This document shows positions 49,011-57,527 of a stretch of DNA of 64,000 nt, one piece after another. Source of the DNA: Candidatus Altiarchaeota archaeon. GTDB taxonomy: Archaea > Altiarchaeota > Altiarchaeia > IMC4 > SCGC-AAA252-I15. The number at the start of each line of letters is the position of its first letter. The first letter of the stretch is position 1. The DNA lies in NCBI GenBank assembly GCA_043800705.1, contig JAZDMS010000021.1, positions 1 to 64,000 of the forward strand, read 5' to 3'. A program made the position numbers and the translations under genes. The notes under the pieces were generated by a model. It had not been told where the DNA came from and ran no database searches. It saw only the letters and a program-made list of their open reading frames with translations.

Positions 49011-49204
49011 AATCTGTCCGGACTGGATATTTAGCCCTGATGCATTAAAGCGAAACTGCCATTATCCTTGGCCTTTTTAGGGTATAATAGCACGGTTGTG
49101 GGGGAGTATTGGCCGGTAAGGTTTAAGGACGTATCTTGAAGGGTGTTACCGCATCCAGTCTAGGAAAAAATGGTGAAAAAATAGCCTAAGGTAGCCAAAA
49201 AAAA

Positions 49205-49399
49205 TCATAATTTGGCTACCTTGTCTGCCTTGGGTCCCCTGTCGCCTTCGACTACTTCGAAGCTGACCCTGTCGCCTTCGTTGAGCTGGACGCCTTCCTG
49301 CACTCCGCTCTGGTGGACGAAGTAGTCCTTCTTGTCGTCTCCGGTGATGAAGCCGAAACGCTTCATCCTGTTGTAGAACTTCACAGTTCCTTCTGTCAT
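49205..49399 (-). CDS. cspA: cold-shock protein
   Basis: GTVKFYN..FGFI..YFVHQS..GPKA. Confidence 0.95.
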   Translation of the reverse strand: MTEGTVKFYNRMKRFGFITGDDKKDYFVHQSGVQEGVQLNEGDRVSFEVVEGDRGPKADKVAKL

Positions 49400-49424
49400 T
49401 TTTGTATACCTCCTGTATTGTTGA

Positions 49425-51311
49425 TTAGAGTAACCTTATGCTGTCCAGGTTCTTCGGGGCCGAGGACTCGAATCCGAACATCTCGTAGAGCGTCATGGAC
49501 AGGTTAAGGGTCTTGCTCGCCTCCCCGTGCATGGTGATAGCCCTCTTCGGCTTCGGCGATATCTTCTTCGCGTATCCGAGAAGCTGCCTGCGGTCCGCGT
49601 GCCCGCTGAATCCGTCGACGGTCTTTACGCCGATCTTCACCTTCACGGCCCTCGTCTTCCCGTTCTCTTCGTGGGTGTATTCGTTGAGGCCGTTCTGGAT
49701 CCTCCTGCCGAGGCTGCCTTCGCTCTGGTATCCGACGAACGTGATCGTGTTCTTCTCGTCGTGGGCGAGGGCCTTGAAGTATTCGACGCTCGGGCCGCCG
49801 GTCATCATCCCCGACGTCGCGAGTATGACGCATGGGTCGGGGCTTTCGACGATGCCCTGCCTCTTCTTGTGCTCGACCCGCTCGAACGCGTCGACGAGGA
49901 ACGGGTTGTAGCCGTTGAATATCCTGTGCTTTATGTGCTTCTTCAGGTATTCTGGGTATGATGTGTGGATCGCCGTGGCCTCCCATATCATGCCGTCGAG
50001 GTAGACCGGGACGTCGAGTTCGCCGAAGCGGAACGCGTTCTCGAGGACCATCATGACCTCCTGGCTCCTTCCGACGCTGAACACCGGGATGACGACCTTG
50101 CCCTTGTTGGCGATGGTCCGCTTGATTGTGTCGATGAGTATGACTTCCGCGTCGCGCCTCTTCGGCTGCGCGTCGTACCTCCCGCCGTACGTGGACTCCA
50201 TGATGAGGGTCTCGCAGCGGGGGAAGTCGTAGTGCGCGGCCTCAAGGAGCCTCGTGTCGCCGAACTTGAAGTCGCCGGTGTAGACCATGTTGTGGAGGCC
50301 TTCGCCGATGTGGAAGTGGCAGATGCTGGAGCCGAGGATGTGGCCCGCGTTGTAGAGCGTCAGGTGTATGTCTGGGGTGATGTCCGCGACCTCCATGTAT
50401 TCGAGGGGGATGGTGTGCTTTATCATCTCCCTGACCTCTTTGGAGCCGAACGGCAGCTCATTCTGCCCCTTGGCGCCGATCTCGACGGCGTCGAGGACCA
50501 AGAGGGCCATGAGGTCCCTTGTTGGTTCCGTGCAGTATAGGGGGCCTTCGTAGCCGTATTTGTAGAGGTAGGGGACGAATCCGCAGTGGTCCAGGTGCGC
50601 GTGCGATATGACGACCGCGTCCAGGTCGCTTGTCGCAAGGTTCATGGCCCTGAGGTCCGGGTACCGGTCCGTGTCCTGTGCGGCCACGTTTATTCCGCAG
50701 TCGAGGAGGATGTTGCTTGCCGGCGTCTGCATGAGTACGCACGATCTGCCGACCTGCTGCGCCCCTCCGAGGGGCGTGACCCGGATGTAGTCGCATTCGG
50801 CCCTCGGCTTGCGGTAGATGTTCTTGCCGACGGTCTTGAGAATCTTCTGCCTCTCCTTCCCGTTGTCGAAGAGCGTCTTCCTTATCGAGCGGACGGTCTC
50901 CGACTGTATGGGCGGCTTTCTAAGGAGCTTCGGCGTCCACCTTATGCGTCTTGTGATCTCATCCAGCGTGTCGCCGTGTTTGCCGATGACCAGGCCGAGC
51001 TTCTCGGCCTCGATCCTGACCTCCTGGAAGTTCTCGTCGAATTCTATGTCGACGATGTTCGCTTCGGGGGGGATTATCTCCTGGATGATCTTCTTCGCCT
51101 CGATGGGGTCCATGACGGACTCTGCGGTGCTCCTGACGATTATCCTCTTCTTCAGGGAGGTCGCGAGGTTCCTCACCTCGTTGCCGTGCTCGACGAAATA
51201 TGGAAGGTCGTGGGTGTACAATATCACCTTGGGGCCTTCGACGTCGACGCGCACGATCTTGCCGGCAGGCGCCGTCTCTTCGACTATGCGCTGTATCTCC
51301 TTAAACTCCAT
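49425..51311 (-). CDS. beta-CASP ribonuclease aCPSF1 (FttA)
   Basis: N-terminal KH domains, HAHLDH, AGHILGS and GFSGHAD; downstream of psmB as is usual in archaea. Confidence 0.96.
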   Translation of the reverse strand: MEFKEIQRIVEETAPAGKIVRVDVEGPKVILYTHDLPYFVEHGNEVRNLATSLKKRIIVRSTAESVMDPIEAKKIIQEIIPPEANIVDIEFDENFQEVRIEAEKLGLVIGKHGDTLDEITRRIRWTPKLLRKPPIQSETVRSIRKTLFDNGKERQKILKTVGKNIYRKPRAECDYIRVTPLGGAQQVGRSCVLMQTPASNILLDCGINVAAQDTDRYPDLRAMNLATSDLDAVVISHAHLDHCGFVPYLYKYGYEGPLYCTEPTRDLMALLVLDAVEIGAKGQNELPFGSKEVREMIKHTIPLEYMEVADITPDIHLTLYNAGHILGSSICHFHIGEGLHNMVYTGDFKFGDTRLLEAAHYDFPRCETLIMESTYGGRYDAQPKRRDAEVILIDTIKRTIANKGKVVIPVFSVGRSQEVMMVLENAFRFGELDVPVYLDGMIWEATAIHTSYPEYLKKHIKHRIFNGYNPFLVDAFERVEHKKRQGIVESPDPCVILATSGMMTGGPSVEYFKALAHDEKNTITFVGYQSEGSLGRRIQNGLNEYTHEENGKTRAVKVKIGVKTVDGFSGHADRRQLLGYAKKISPKPKRAITMHGEASKTLNLSMTLYEMFGFESSAPKNLDSIRLL

Positions 51312-51365
51312 CGTAATATTCCACAGTAAGCAAACTACTGTCCAGTCATAGGATTGGTTTGATCC

Positions 51366-51989
51366 TTATTTTGCGCCCAGATACGGCTTCATCTCATCCT
51401 CGGTGTAGCTCTTGTAGCCGTCCTTCGTGATGGTCACAAGCTCCATGCCGTCGCCGGTGTGAGAATCCCTCGCAAGCGCGCTCCTGAGCGCCTTAATCGC
51501 CACGGGAATGTTCTCCTGGACGGTCCTGTTCTCGCTGTAGTCCTGGTCCAGGACGCCGTATGCCATCGGGCTGCCGGAGCCTGTAGAGGCCATCTGCTCC
51601 TCTATGAGGCCCCCTATCGGGTCGAGCGTGAATATCTTCGACTCTCCCCGCACGTATCCGCCGATTATCAGCTGGACCATGTAGGGGAAGTATTTGCTGC
51701 CTTGGAGTATGTTAGCCATCAGGACGCTCACGGATTGGGTGCTCATCTTCTCCCCGTTGTTCATCTCGTAGAGCCTGGCCTCCGCCTGGATGAGCCGCAT
51801 CAGGGATTCAGCATCGCCGACGCTGCCTGCGACGGTCGAGCCCACGCAGTCGTTTATGTTGAAGCTCTTCTTGGCCTTCTTGCTGGCTATGAAGCCGCCC
51901 CAGCTGGCCCTCTTGTCGGTCGCGAATACGACCCCGTCGCTGCACGTCAATCCGATGGTTGTAGTACCTTCCAAAATTTTAGATTCCAA
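51366..51989 (-). CDS. psmB: proteasome subunit beta
   Basis: GTTTIG, DKRAS and TGSGSP motifs; TTG start at 51989 preceded by GGAGGCGG. Confidence 0.95.
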   Translation of the reverse strand: MESKILEGTTTIGLTCSDGVVFATDKRASWGGFIASKKAKKSFNINDCVGSTVAGSVGDAESLMRLIQAEARLYEMNNGEKMSTQSVSVLMANILQGSKYFPYMVQLIIGGYVRGESKIFTLDPIGGLIEEQMASTGSGSPMAYGVLDQDYSENRTVQENIPVAIKALRSALARDSHTGDGMELVTITKDGYKSYTEDEMKPYLGAK

Positions 51990-52078
51990 AGAAACCGCCT
52001 CCAATAGAAGTAAGGCTTTAAAATTATTGTAGAAACTATATGGCATCATGCCTATATAAATGAACCGGTATTCCGCGA

Positions 52079-52146
52079 CTTTGCTCCTAAATACTGTTTT
52101 GCTCCTTTTTATTTGGGGTTGCTCCTTTTTAACGAAAACTGCTCCT
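52079..52146 (+). repeat. left end: four TGCTCCT motifs
   Basis: At 52082, 52100, 52120 and 52140 (spacing 18/20/20). Confidence 0.92.
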
Positions 52147-52149
52147 TTA

Positions 52150-52758
52150 CTATTGGTTTGAACGGTCTATATCATCTATTTTATCGTTTTTTGTGATTAT
52201 GGTCATTTTTCTTTCGCTGAGATTTATTGAGGATAACATAGGCTCATATAACTCAAAAAATTTCTCAAGGTCAAACCATTGGTCATCTAGTCCTTGAATA
52301 ATCTTTCCATTTCTACAAGAGAGTATTCCTTCTGCAAAGGGGCCCCAATTAGTATATCTCCACCACATTGCCCCTCTCTTTAGAGTTGATTCATAAGGAA
52401 AATTAGGTCGTGCAAAAATTGTATGATATAAGCCAGTACATTGCCCTATGCGTTCATAAAATCTAGGCAGTGCGTAATAAATTATTCCATTAAATTTATT
52501 TTGAAGAAGGTTATGCTGTTCTTTATCTAACTCCCAATAGATAGTCCTGCCATTACACTTGGCAGCCTTGAATTGTAAACCAAAAATTTTGTTACCAACT
52601 CTAAAAAGTTCATCTGCTGGGAACCTGGATTCTTGTTTAGGGCTTAGGCTTATCCATTCAACAGCAAAACCCCGCCTTCTAAAATATTCTTCGATACAGG
52701 GTACGATTCGTATTGTATACTCCCTTTCTATGAGTCGGGGATATGTTATTTTAATCAC
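52150..52758 (-). CDS. PD-(D/E)xK-like nuclease
   Basis: E..FPADELFRVGNKIFGLQFKA resembles a PD..QxK restriction-endonuclease-like site. Confidence 0.55.
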   Translation of the reverse strand: MIKITYPRLIEREYTIRIVPCIEEYFRRRGFAVEWISLSPKQESRFPADELFRVGNKIFGLQFKAAKCNGRTIYWELDKEQHNLLQNKFNGIIYYALPRFYERIGQCTGLYHTIFARPNFPYESTLKRGAMWWRYTNWGPFAEGILSCRNGKIIQGLDDQWFDLEKFFELYEPMLSSINLSERKMTIITKNDKIDDIDRSNQ

Positions 52759-52772
52759 CCATTTTGTAGTGC

Positions 52773-53945
52773 CTAACTTACTAATATCTCGTGAACATCC
52801 GTCATAATTTTTTTAACTTCCGGTTTTGTATGTTCTTTTGCTTCGACATATGGAAGATATGTTTTTTTAGTGTCTGAATTAACAATCTTTTTTGAGAGTT
52901 CCTTTAGTTCATAATAGAAGGTGTGCATCTTATGAACCTTAAGTCCAGGTAACACATGTTGGGGAGTATAAATCTCTTCTAGTGAATACTTTTTACATGT
53001 CGGACAAGTACAATGGGGGTCTTTTTTTATTATCTCATTTTTTCTGTATGCTCCATAGTCGTCTGTTAGCATATACCTACATTTTTCTGGTACTAGTGGT
53101 CCTCCCCCCCAAATTACGTTTGATATTGTGTCTATCCCATACGCATGGACAAGAACATCGGTAGCTGGTGATATGCCTTTCGTGGATTTCCTATTTGTGG
53201 CGACATTGAAAGCATGTAGGTAATATTTTTCGTTTTTTTCGCTATTACCTTTAATTTTCAACGAATTGCGGATAGTACGGATAACTGCTCTTAAGAGGGC
53301 AGAAGGATAAGATGAACCACTAAAATCTACTCCGAATATCCTACATTCCTTGTCCTGCCTCAAATATTCTTTTACTATATCTGCCGCCAAGCTCACATCA
53401 TCTAAACGAGGGATATATGCCATCATTGGCTTTTCGTAATTAAACGTTTGGATTTCGTTTATAGTTCGTTCAATTACCTTTCCCACTATCTTTCTACTAC
53501 TTACCCCGCCGGGTATGGGCGTAACCACTATATCCGTGCCAGTTTCAAGTTCGGCTCCAACGATACTAGACGCTTGTAAATCAGTTATCGTGTGATGCGG
53601 ATAGATTACTCCATCGACATCGTAAGTATTTGGTATTCTCGGATACACTATGTTTATGGTTTTTCTAGGGTTGAGTAGCCTAGCAGAAAGCCTATTTTGT
53701 AAATCGGTTATAGCTGATGCGGACGTCCCAATCTGGCTAAAGGTATCATACCCTAGATTTTCACCTGCAATATTGATGGTCGAATCAGGGTACTCATAGC
53801 CAGCTATCTTAGCGTATATCTCAGCATCCCTGCTGGTTATCCCATGAATAGGCCCAATGGCCTTTTTACCGTTAATCTCAAGACTTAAGCTCCTAGCAAG
53901 GCTTACACTGTCTTGTCCTATCACTTCTAATTCAAAAGAGGTCAT
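52773..53945 (-). CDS. divergent tRNA-guanine transglycosylase (TGT)-fold protein
   Basis: N-terminal FELEVIGQD..LARSLSLEINGK, YYLHAF, YGIDT and zinc site CTCPTC..H; canonical catalytic motifs not evident. Confidence 0.6.
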   Translation of the reverse strand: MTSFELEVIGQDSVSLARSLSLEINGKKAIGPIHGITSRDAEIYAKIAGYEYPDSTINIAGENLGYDTFSQIGTSASAITDLQNRLSARLLNPRKTINIVYPRIPNTYDVDGVIYPHHTITDLQASSIVGAELETGTDIVVTPIPGGVSSRKIVGKVIERTINEIQTFNYEKPMMAYIPRLDDVSLAADIVKEYLRQDKECRIFGVDFSGSSYPSALLRAVIRTIRNSLKIKGNSEKNEKYYLHAFNVATNRKSTKGISPATDVLVHAYGIDTISNVIWGGGPLVPEKCRYMLTDDYGAYRKNEIIKKDPHCTCPTCKKYSLEEIYTPQHVLPGLKVHKMHTFYYELKELSKKIVNSDTKKTYLPYVEAKEHTKPEVKKIMTDVHEILVS

Positions 53946-53976
53946 AGATAGTATATAGTTGCTTGGATTTAAAAGG

Positions 53977-54132
53977 TTATCGGTTGGTTACACCATTTTG
54001 TTTCCTAAGTTCATGTAGAATTGCCGTCTCAACAAATTTGCCTATTGTAAGGTCTAAATCTATCGATTTCTTCTTTGCTTCCTTCCATACCTCTTTGTCT
54101 AGCCTTAGACTAACTGTAGTTCTTTCTGTCAT
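53977..54132 (-). CDS. ribbon-helix-helix regulator (51 aa; absent from the ORF track)
   Basis: MTERTTVSLRLDKEVWKEAKKKSIDLDLTIGKFVETAILHEL; preceded by TGTAA(T) repeats. Confidence 0.8.
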   Translation of the reverse strand: MTERTTVSLRLDKEVWKEAKKKSIDLDLTIGKFVETAILHELRKQNGVTNR

Positions 54133-54227
54133 ATTTATCACATTATATTATGTAATATTGCATTCAAATATTTAAATAAAAGTGTAAACAATAATGTAAT
54201 AATGTAATAATTTTAACCCTAGTTACC

Positions 54228-55433
54228 TTAATATGCCGTAAATGTTGGATTTACCCCTAATTCATGCATTTCCTGTATCAGTACGCAGATATTGTGGCAG
54301 ATGAACTTGCATAGTAGCTCGTTCACCTGCGCCTTGTATTTCTTCGATTTCAGTTTGTCGCCGAACTTCGCCTTAACCATATTCATCGTGGATTCTACGT
54401 TGCTTCTTTGGTGGTAGTGCTGTAGGAACTCCTCTCGGTTCAGTTGAAAGTAGTGGTACATTCTCGTCCACGTTAATGAACCTCTGCTTTTACCGGTGTC
54501 ATTTTTCTTGAACGGCAGGTAAGCAGTCGCCCCTATCTTGTTCGCCAAGTTGTAGTTATCTCTGCTCGTGTATGCTTTATCGGCAGTTATCTCCTTGATT
54601 TCAAAACCGCCCTCGTAAGCTTCTGTTATCAATGGAGCGAACTGCGGGCAGTCTGCTCCGTTCTCTGGCGTGATTTTTGCGGAGGCTATCACGTTGGTTT
54701 TCGTGCCGACAAGAACGTGCGCCTTAACCCAATGATGCTGTCGTCTCGTATTGTGTTTCTCGACGCAGTATTGGTTGAATTGTGTGCTTCGGAATCCTGT
54801 GCTGTCAGGCCCGAATGTCGTCTCGACGCTTTTCAACGGCAGGGCAGATACCGTAAGGAGCTTGTGCAGTATCGGCGTTATGTCCTCCCTCGGCAGGAAC
54901 TTGTTGATTGCGTTGAAGTTCGGAGTCTTGCTAACCTGCTCCCTCTCCTGGGCGTTCCGGTATAGTGTGTGCGCTCTCCTGCTCGACAGACCTGAGTAGA
55001 CCTTCTGGATAGAGCAGAACAAATCATCTCTCAGGCTTATCGGCTTGCGCCCTACAAGGTTAGGGTCACGCTGTGGCTCGTCCACGTTGTCCACTAAGTC
55101 CCGCAGGAGCTTGTCGAAAAATGTTATCTCCTGCGTCTGTGCCTTGTTATAAGCCGTCCAGTCCTGTTTGTATGTGACTTTCTTGGTTTCAGTCACGGTG
55201 GTTGTTCCGTTCTTTTCAACGGTCTTGCTGATGGTGTGCATCACTGCGTAGCTGTGCTTGCAGGTCACACCCCTAGTCTGGCAGTCTGGGCAGTCGCATA
55301 CGTAGCGTCCTTCTTTGCGCTGGACGAAGTATGCGCCGCTCCCGCCTTGTGCTGGCACTATCCACCCATGCTTTGTCTGTTCTAAGCCGCCTTTTTCAGC
55401 GATTTGTATTCCTCTCATTTCCCGTGCATCCAT
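54228..55433 (-). CDS. DDE transposase (IS4/IS5-superfamily-like) with an N-terminal SWIM zinc finger
   Basis: CDCPD..CKH SWIM motif; DSTGF, ADKAY and YHQRSNVES(..)K DDE motifs. Confidence 0.92.
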   Translation of the reverse strand: MDAREMRGIQIAEKGGLEQTKHGWIVPAQGGSGAYFVQRKEGRYVCDCPDCQTRGVTCKHSYAVMHTISKTVEKNGTTTVTETKKVTYKQDWTAYNKAQTQEITFFDKLLRDLVDNVDEPQRDPNLVGRKPISLRDDLFCSIQKVYSGLSSRRAHTLYRNAQEREQVSKTPNFNAINKFLPREDITPILHKLLTVSALPLKSVETTFGPDSTGFRSTQFNQYCVEKHNTRRQHHWVKAHVLVGTKTNVIASAKITPENGADCPQFAPLITEAYEGGFEIKEITADKAYTSRDNYNLANKIGATAYLPFKKNDTGKSRGSLTWTRMYHYFQLNREEFLQHYHQRSNVESTMNMVKAKFGDKLKSKKYKAQVNELLCKFICHNICVLIQEMHELGVNPTFTAY

Positions 55434-55446
55434 TTACATCACCTAC

Positions 55447-55541
55447 TATATACCTATATAGTATATTACTCCATAGGTATATAAATACTTATCGGTGATG
55501 GGATATGTTTATTGGAGTATATACTTGGTATTTATATACCT
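55447..55541. promoter_or_regulatory. divergent promoter region with TATATACCT repeats
   Basis: 11-bp IR TATATACCTAT (55447-55457) / ATAGGTATATA (55473-55483); a further TATATACCT at 55533. Confidence 0.55.
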
Positions 55542-55566
55542 GAAAATAATATACTACCTGATAAAG

Positions 55567-55731
55567 ATGGCGTCGAAGGTTGAAATCAAAGTTATGGGCT
55601 ATCATTGCGAACGATGCGGATACGAATGGGTGCCAAGGAACGATAAAGTCTCTCCGAGAGTGTGCCCAAAATGTAAAAGCCCCTACTGGGACAAACCGAG
55701 GAAAAAACAAGCTCAAGGAGGAATAAGTTAA
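55567..55731 (+). CDS. small CxxC..CPxC zinc-ribbon protein
   Basis: CERCGYEWVPR..PRVCPKCKSPYWDKPR. Confidence 0.85.
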   Translation: MASKVEIKVMGYHCERCGYEWVPRNDKVSPRVCPKCKSPYWDKPRKKQAQGGIS

Positions 55732-55807
55732 ATATTTTTCTATCGCTCTCTTTGTACACCTATTTAAGCTAAGCTAGTTTAGATAGTAATTGCATGATGA
55801 AGTAGAT

Positions 55808-56398
55808 ATGGCAACTGAGGTTAGGGATTATTTCATCTTAGATGTAGAGACTAGTCCTATTGATTTTGAAGCATATGATACTCTCTCTGAAGAGGAAAAA
55901 TTAAAAAAGCTGAATCCAATTGATTCAAGGATAGTAGCAATTGGTATTCGGTATCGTGGTGTAGACACTATATTTTCTCAGGAGGATGAAAAAGAATTAT
56001 TAGATGAATTTTGGTTACATTGGAAAACAATAATTAAAGGTGGTAATCTAATCAAAGTTGTTGGATTCAATATAAATAATTTTGATTTACCATTCATTAT
56101 TACTAGAAGTTATTTCCATGGAGTCGAAATATCCCCTTTTGTATTGAAAGATTTTATTATTGACATACGAGATAAAATTTCCGCTTATAGATACGGTCCT
56201 TGTAGAGGTACCTTAAAAGATTTTGGGCCTTGTGCAGGAGCAACAGTAATGGATATTGATGGAAGTGCTGTTCCTAAGCTCTACCATGAGGGCAAGACTG
56301 AGGAAATAATTAAATATCTAAAAAATGACTTACTAATGACAGATAAGGTTTTTCAGAGAATACGTGATACCAAAATAGTTTATATTGATAGGTGGTAA
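55808..56398 (+). CDS. DEDD 3'-5' exonuclease (PolB-exo/RNase H-like, stand-alone)
   Basis: LDVET, GFNINNFDLPFI and YLKND (ExoI/II/III motifs). Confidence 0.85.
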   Translation: MATEVRDYFILDVETSPIDFEAYDTLSEEEKLKKLNPIDSRIVAIGIRYRGVDTIFSQEDEKELLDEFWLHWKTIIKGGNLIKVVGFNINNFDLPFIITRSYFHGVEISPFVLKDFIIDIRDKISAYRYGPCRGTLKDFGPCAGATVMDIDGSAVPKLYHEGKTEEIIKYLKNDLLMTDKVFQRIRDTKIVYIDRW

Positions 56399-56401
56399 CT
56401 T

Positions 56402-56968
56402 ATGGATAAACTTCCCGCATCCAAAAAAGTAGAGGACGATGCTAATGACTCTGAAAATAAGTACGCTACAGTAAGCCTACAAGTCAACAATAAGCTGAAA
56501 GAAGCTATATTCTACATCGTCTCAAAATGCAATGAAAAACCAAGTTTTGGAAGAGTAAACTTATGGAAACTATTGTATTTCTCAGATTTTAATTTCTATA
56601 AGAAGCACTATGTCTCGATAACGGGGGAAGAATATAGAAAGTTGGACCTGGGCCCAGGACCAGTTCATTTTGATACTACTATAAATGCCCTTACCTCTGA
56701 AGGGTTTATTGAAGAAAAGAAGCGGGGAGGAGCAAAATATGACCCTTATGTGTATACTATAAAAAAAGATATGAAGATTACCCATCTGGCCCCACAAGAA
56801 TTAAGGCAAATTGACAACGTTATTCATAAGTTAGGTGATTGTTCAGCTACTAAAATTAGCGAAATATCTCATAAGGATACCCCGTGGAAAGTTACTGACG
56901 ATAAAGAGATAATAGATTATGACCTCGTTTTTTATAGGCATGACGCGGTTGCGGCTCAAGTAGAATAA
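56402..56968 (+). CDS. Panacea/SocA (DUF4065) antitoxin
   Basis: LWKLLYFSDF..SITGEEY.KLDLGPGP..ISEISHKDTPW. Confidence 0.88.
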   Translation: MDKLPASKKVEDDANDSENKYATVSLQVNNKLKEAIFYIVSKCNEKPSFGRVNLWKLLYFSDFNFYKKHYVSITGEEYRKLDLGPGPVHFDTTINALTSEGFIEEKKRGGAKYDPYVYTIKKDMKITHLAPQELRQIDNVIHKLGDCSATKISEISHKDTPWKVTDDKEIIDYDLVFYRHDAVAAQVE

Positions 56969-56969
56969 A

Positions 56970-57353
56970 ATGGACTCCGATTATGTGGAGGAATTTTATC
57001 CCCCCTTCAATAGTCATTTTAAAGCGTGCTTAAAAAACTTTAGACATACGTTTGAGGAAGATTTTGGGCGGCTTAGAAAAGTTGTTTTAATTGAAAGGGA
57101 ATCTGCAAGCTGCACTGATAAAATCGCTAATCTAGGTAGTGAGGTATCGTTACCAGTATATAAAATCCATATGCACGTTAAACAAGCAAGTGGAAAAATT
57201 GGCCGTGTTATATTCATACTAGACAAACCACAAAAAAGGATAGTGTACGTTGATATTTACACAAAAAACAAACAATCAAACCACGATTCTAAGTGGATAA
57301 GAGAAGCATATACGTGGTATGTGGAATATATTAGTAAAGTACCTCCTTATTAA
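56970..57353 (+). CDS. RelE-like toxin
   Basis: PVYKIHM..GRVIF..IVYVDIYTKNKQSNHD; starts 1 nt after the antitoxin gene. Confidence 0.6.
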   Translation: MDSDYVEEFYPPFNSHFKACLKNFRHTFEEDFGRLRKVVLIERESASCTDKIANLGSEVSLPVYKIHMHVKQASGKIGRVIFILDKPQKRIVYVDIYTKNKQSNHDSKWIREAYTWYVEYISKVPPY

Positions 57354-57386
57354 CAATACATCAGGACCAGGACCATGAGCTACATT

Positions 57387-57467
57387 TGCTCCTTTTTACC
57401 CCCGGCTGCTCCTAAATGGTTTTAGATGCTCCTTTATGCTGCTCCTATTTGAAGTTAAGGAGCAAAG
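57387..57467 (+). repeat. right end: four TGCTCCT motifs plus one inverted terminal copy
   Basis: At 57387, 57407, 57427 and 57440; AGGAGCAAAG at 57458-57467. Confidence 0.92.
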
Positions 57468-57527
57468 CCGGTATTCCGCCGGTTGCCGTGGTTCTCCCTT
57501 TTTTATCGGGCAATCCAAGTATATTTG

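Larger units (their letters stand above)
52077..57467. mobile_element. ~5.4-kb cargo-carrying transposon-like element
   Basis: Flanking 12-bp direct repeat CCGGTATTCCGC (52065-52076, 57468-57479), terminal IR CTTTGCTCCT/AGGAGCAAAG, internal transposase and sharply AT-rich cargo. Confidence 0.88.

Noticed and set aside
52079-52146. Mini-CRISPR interpretation of the TGCTCCT arrays (also 57387-57446)
   Set aside because: The 7-bp repeats with 6-13-nt gaps are far too short; they are better explained as element-end binding sites.
52077-57467. Casposon or provirus
   Set aside because: There is no Cas1, full PolB, integrase or capsid gene; the exonuclease is stand-alone and the mobility gene is a DDE transposase.
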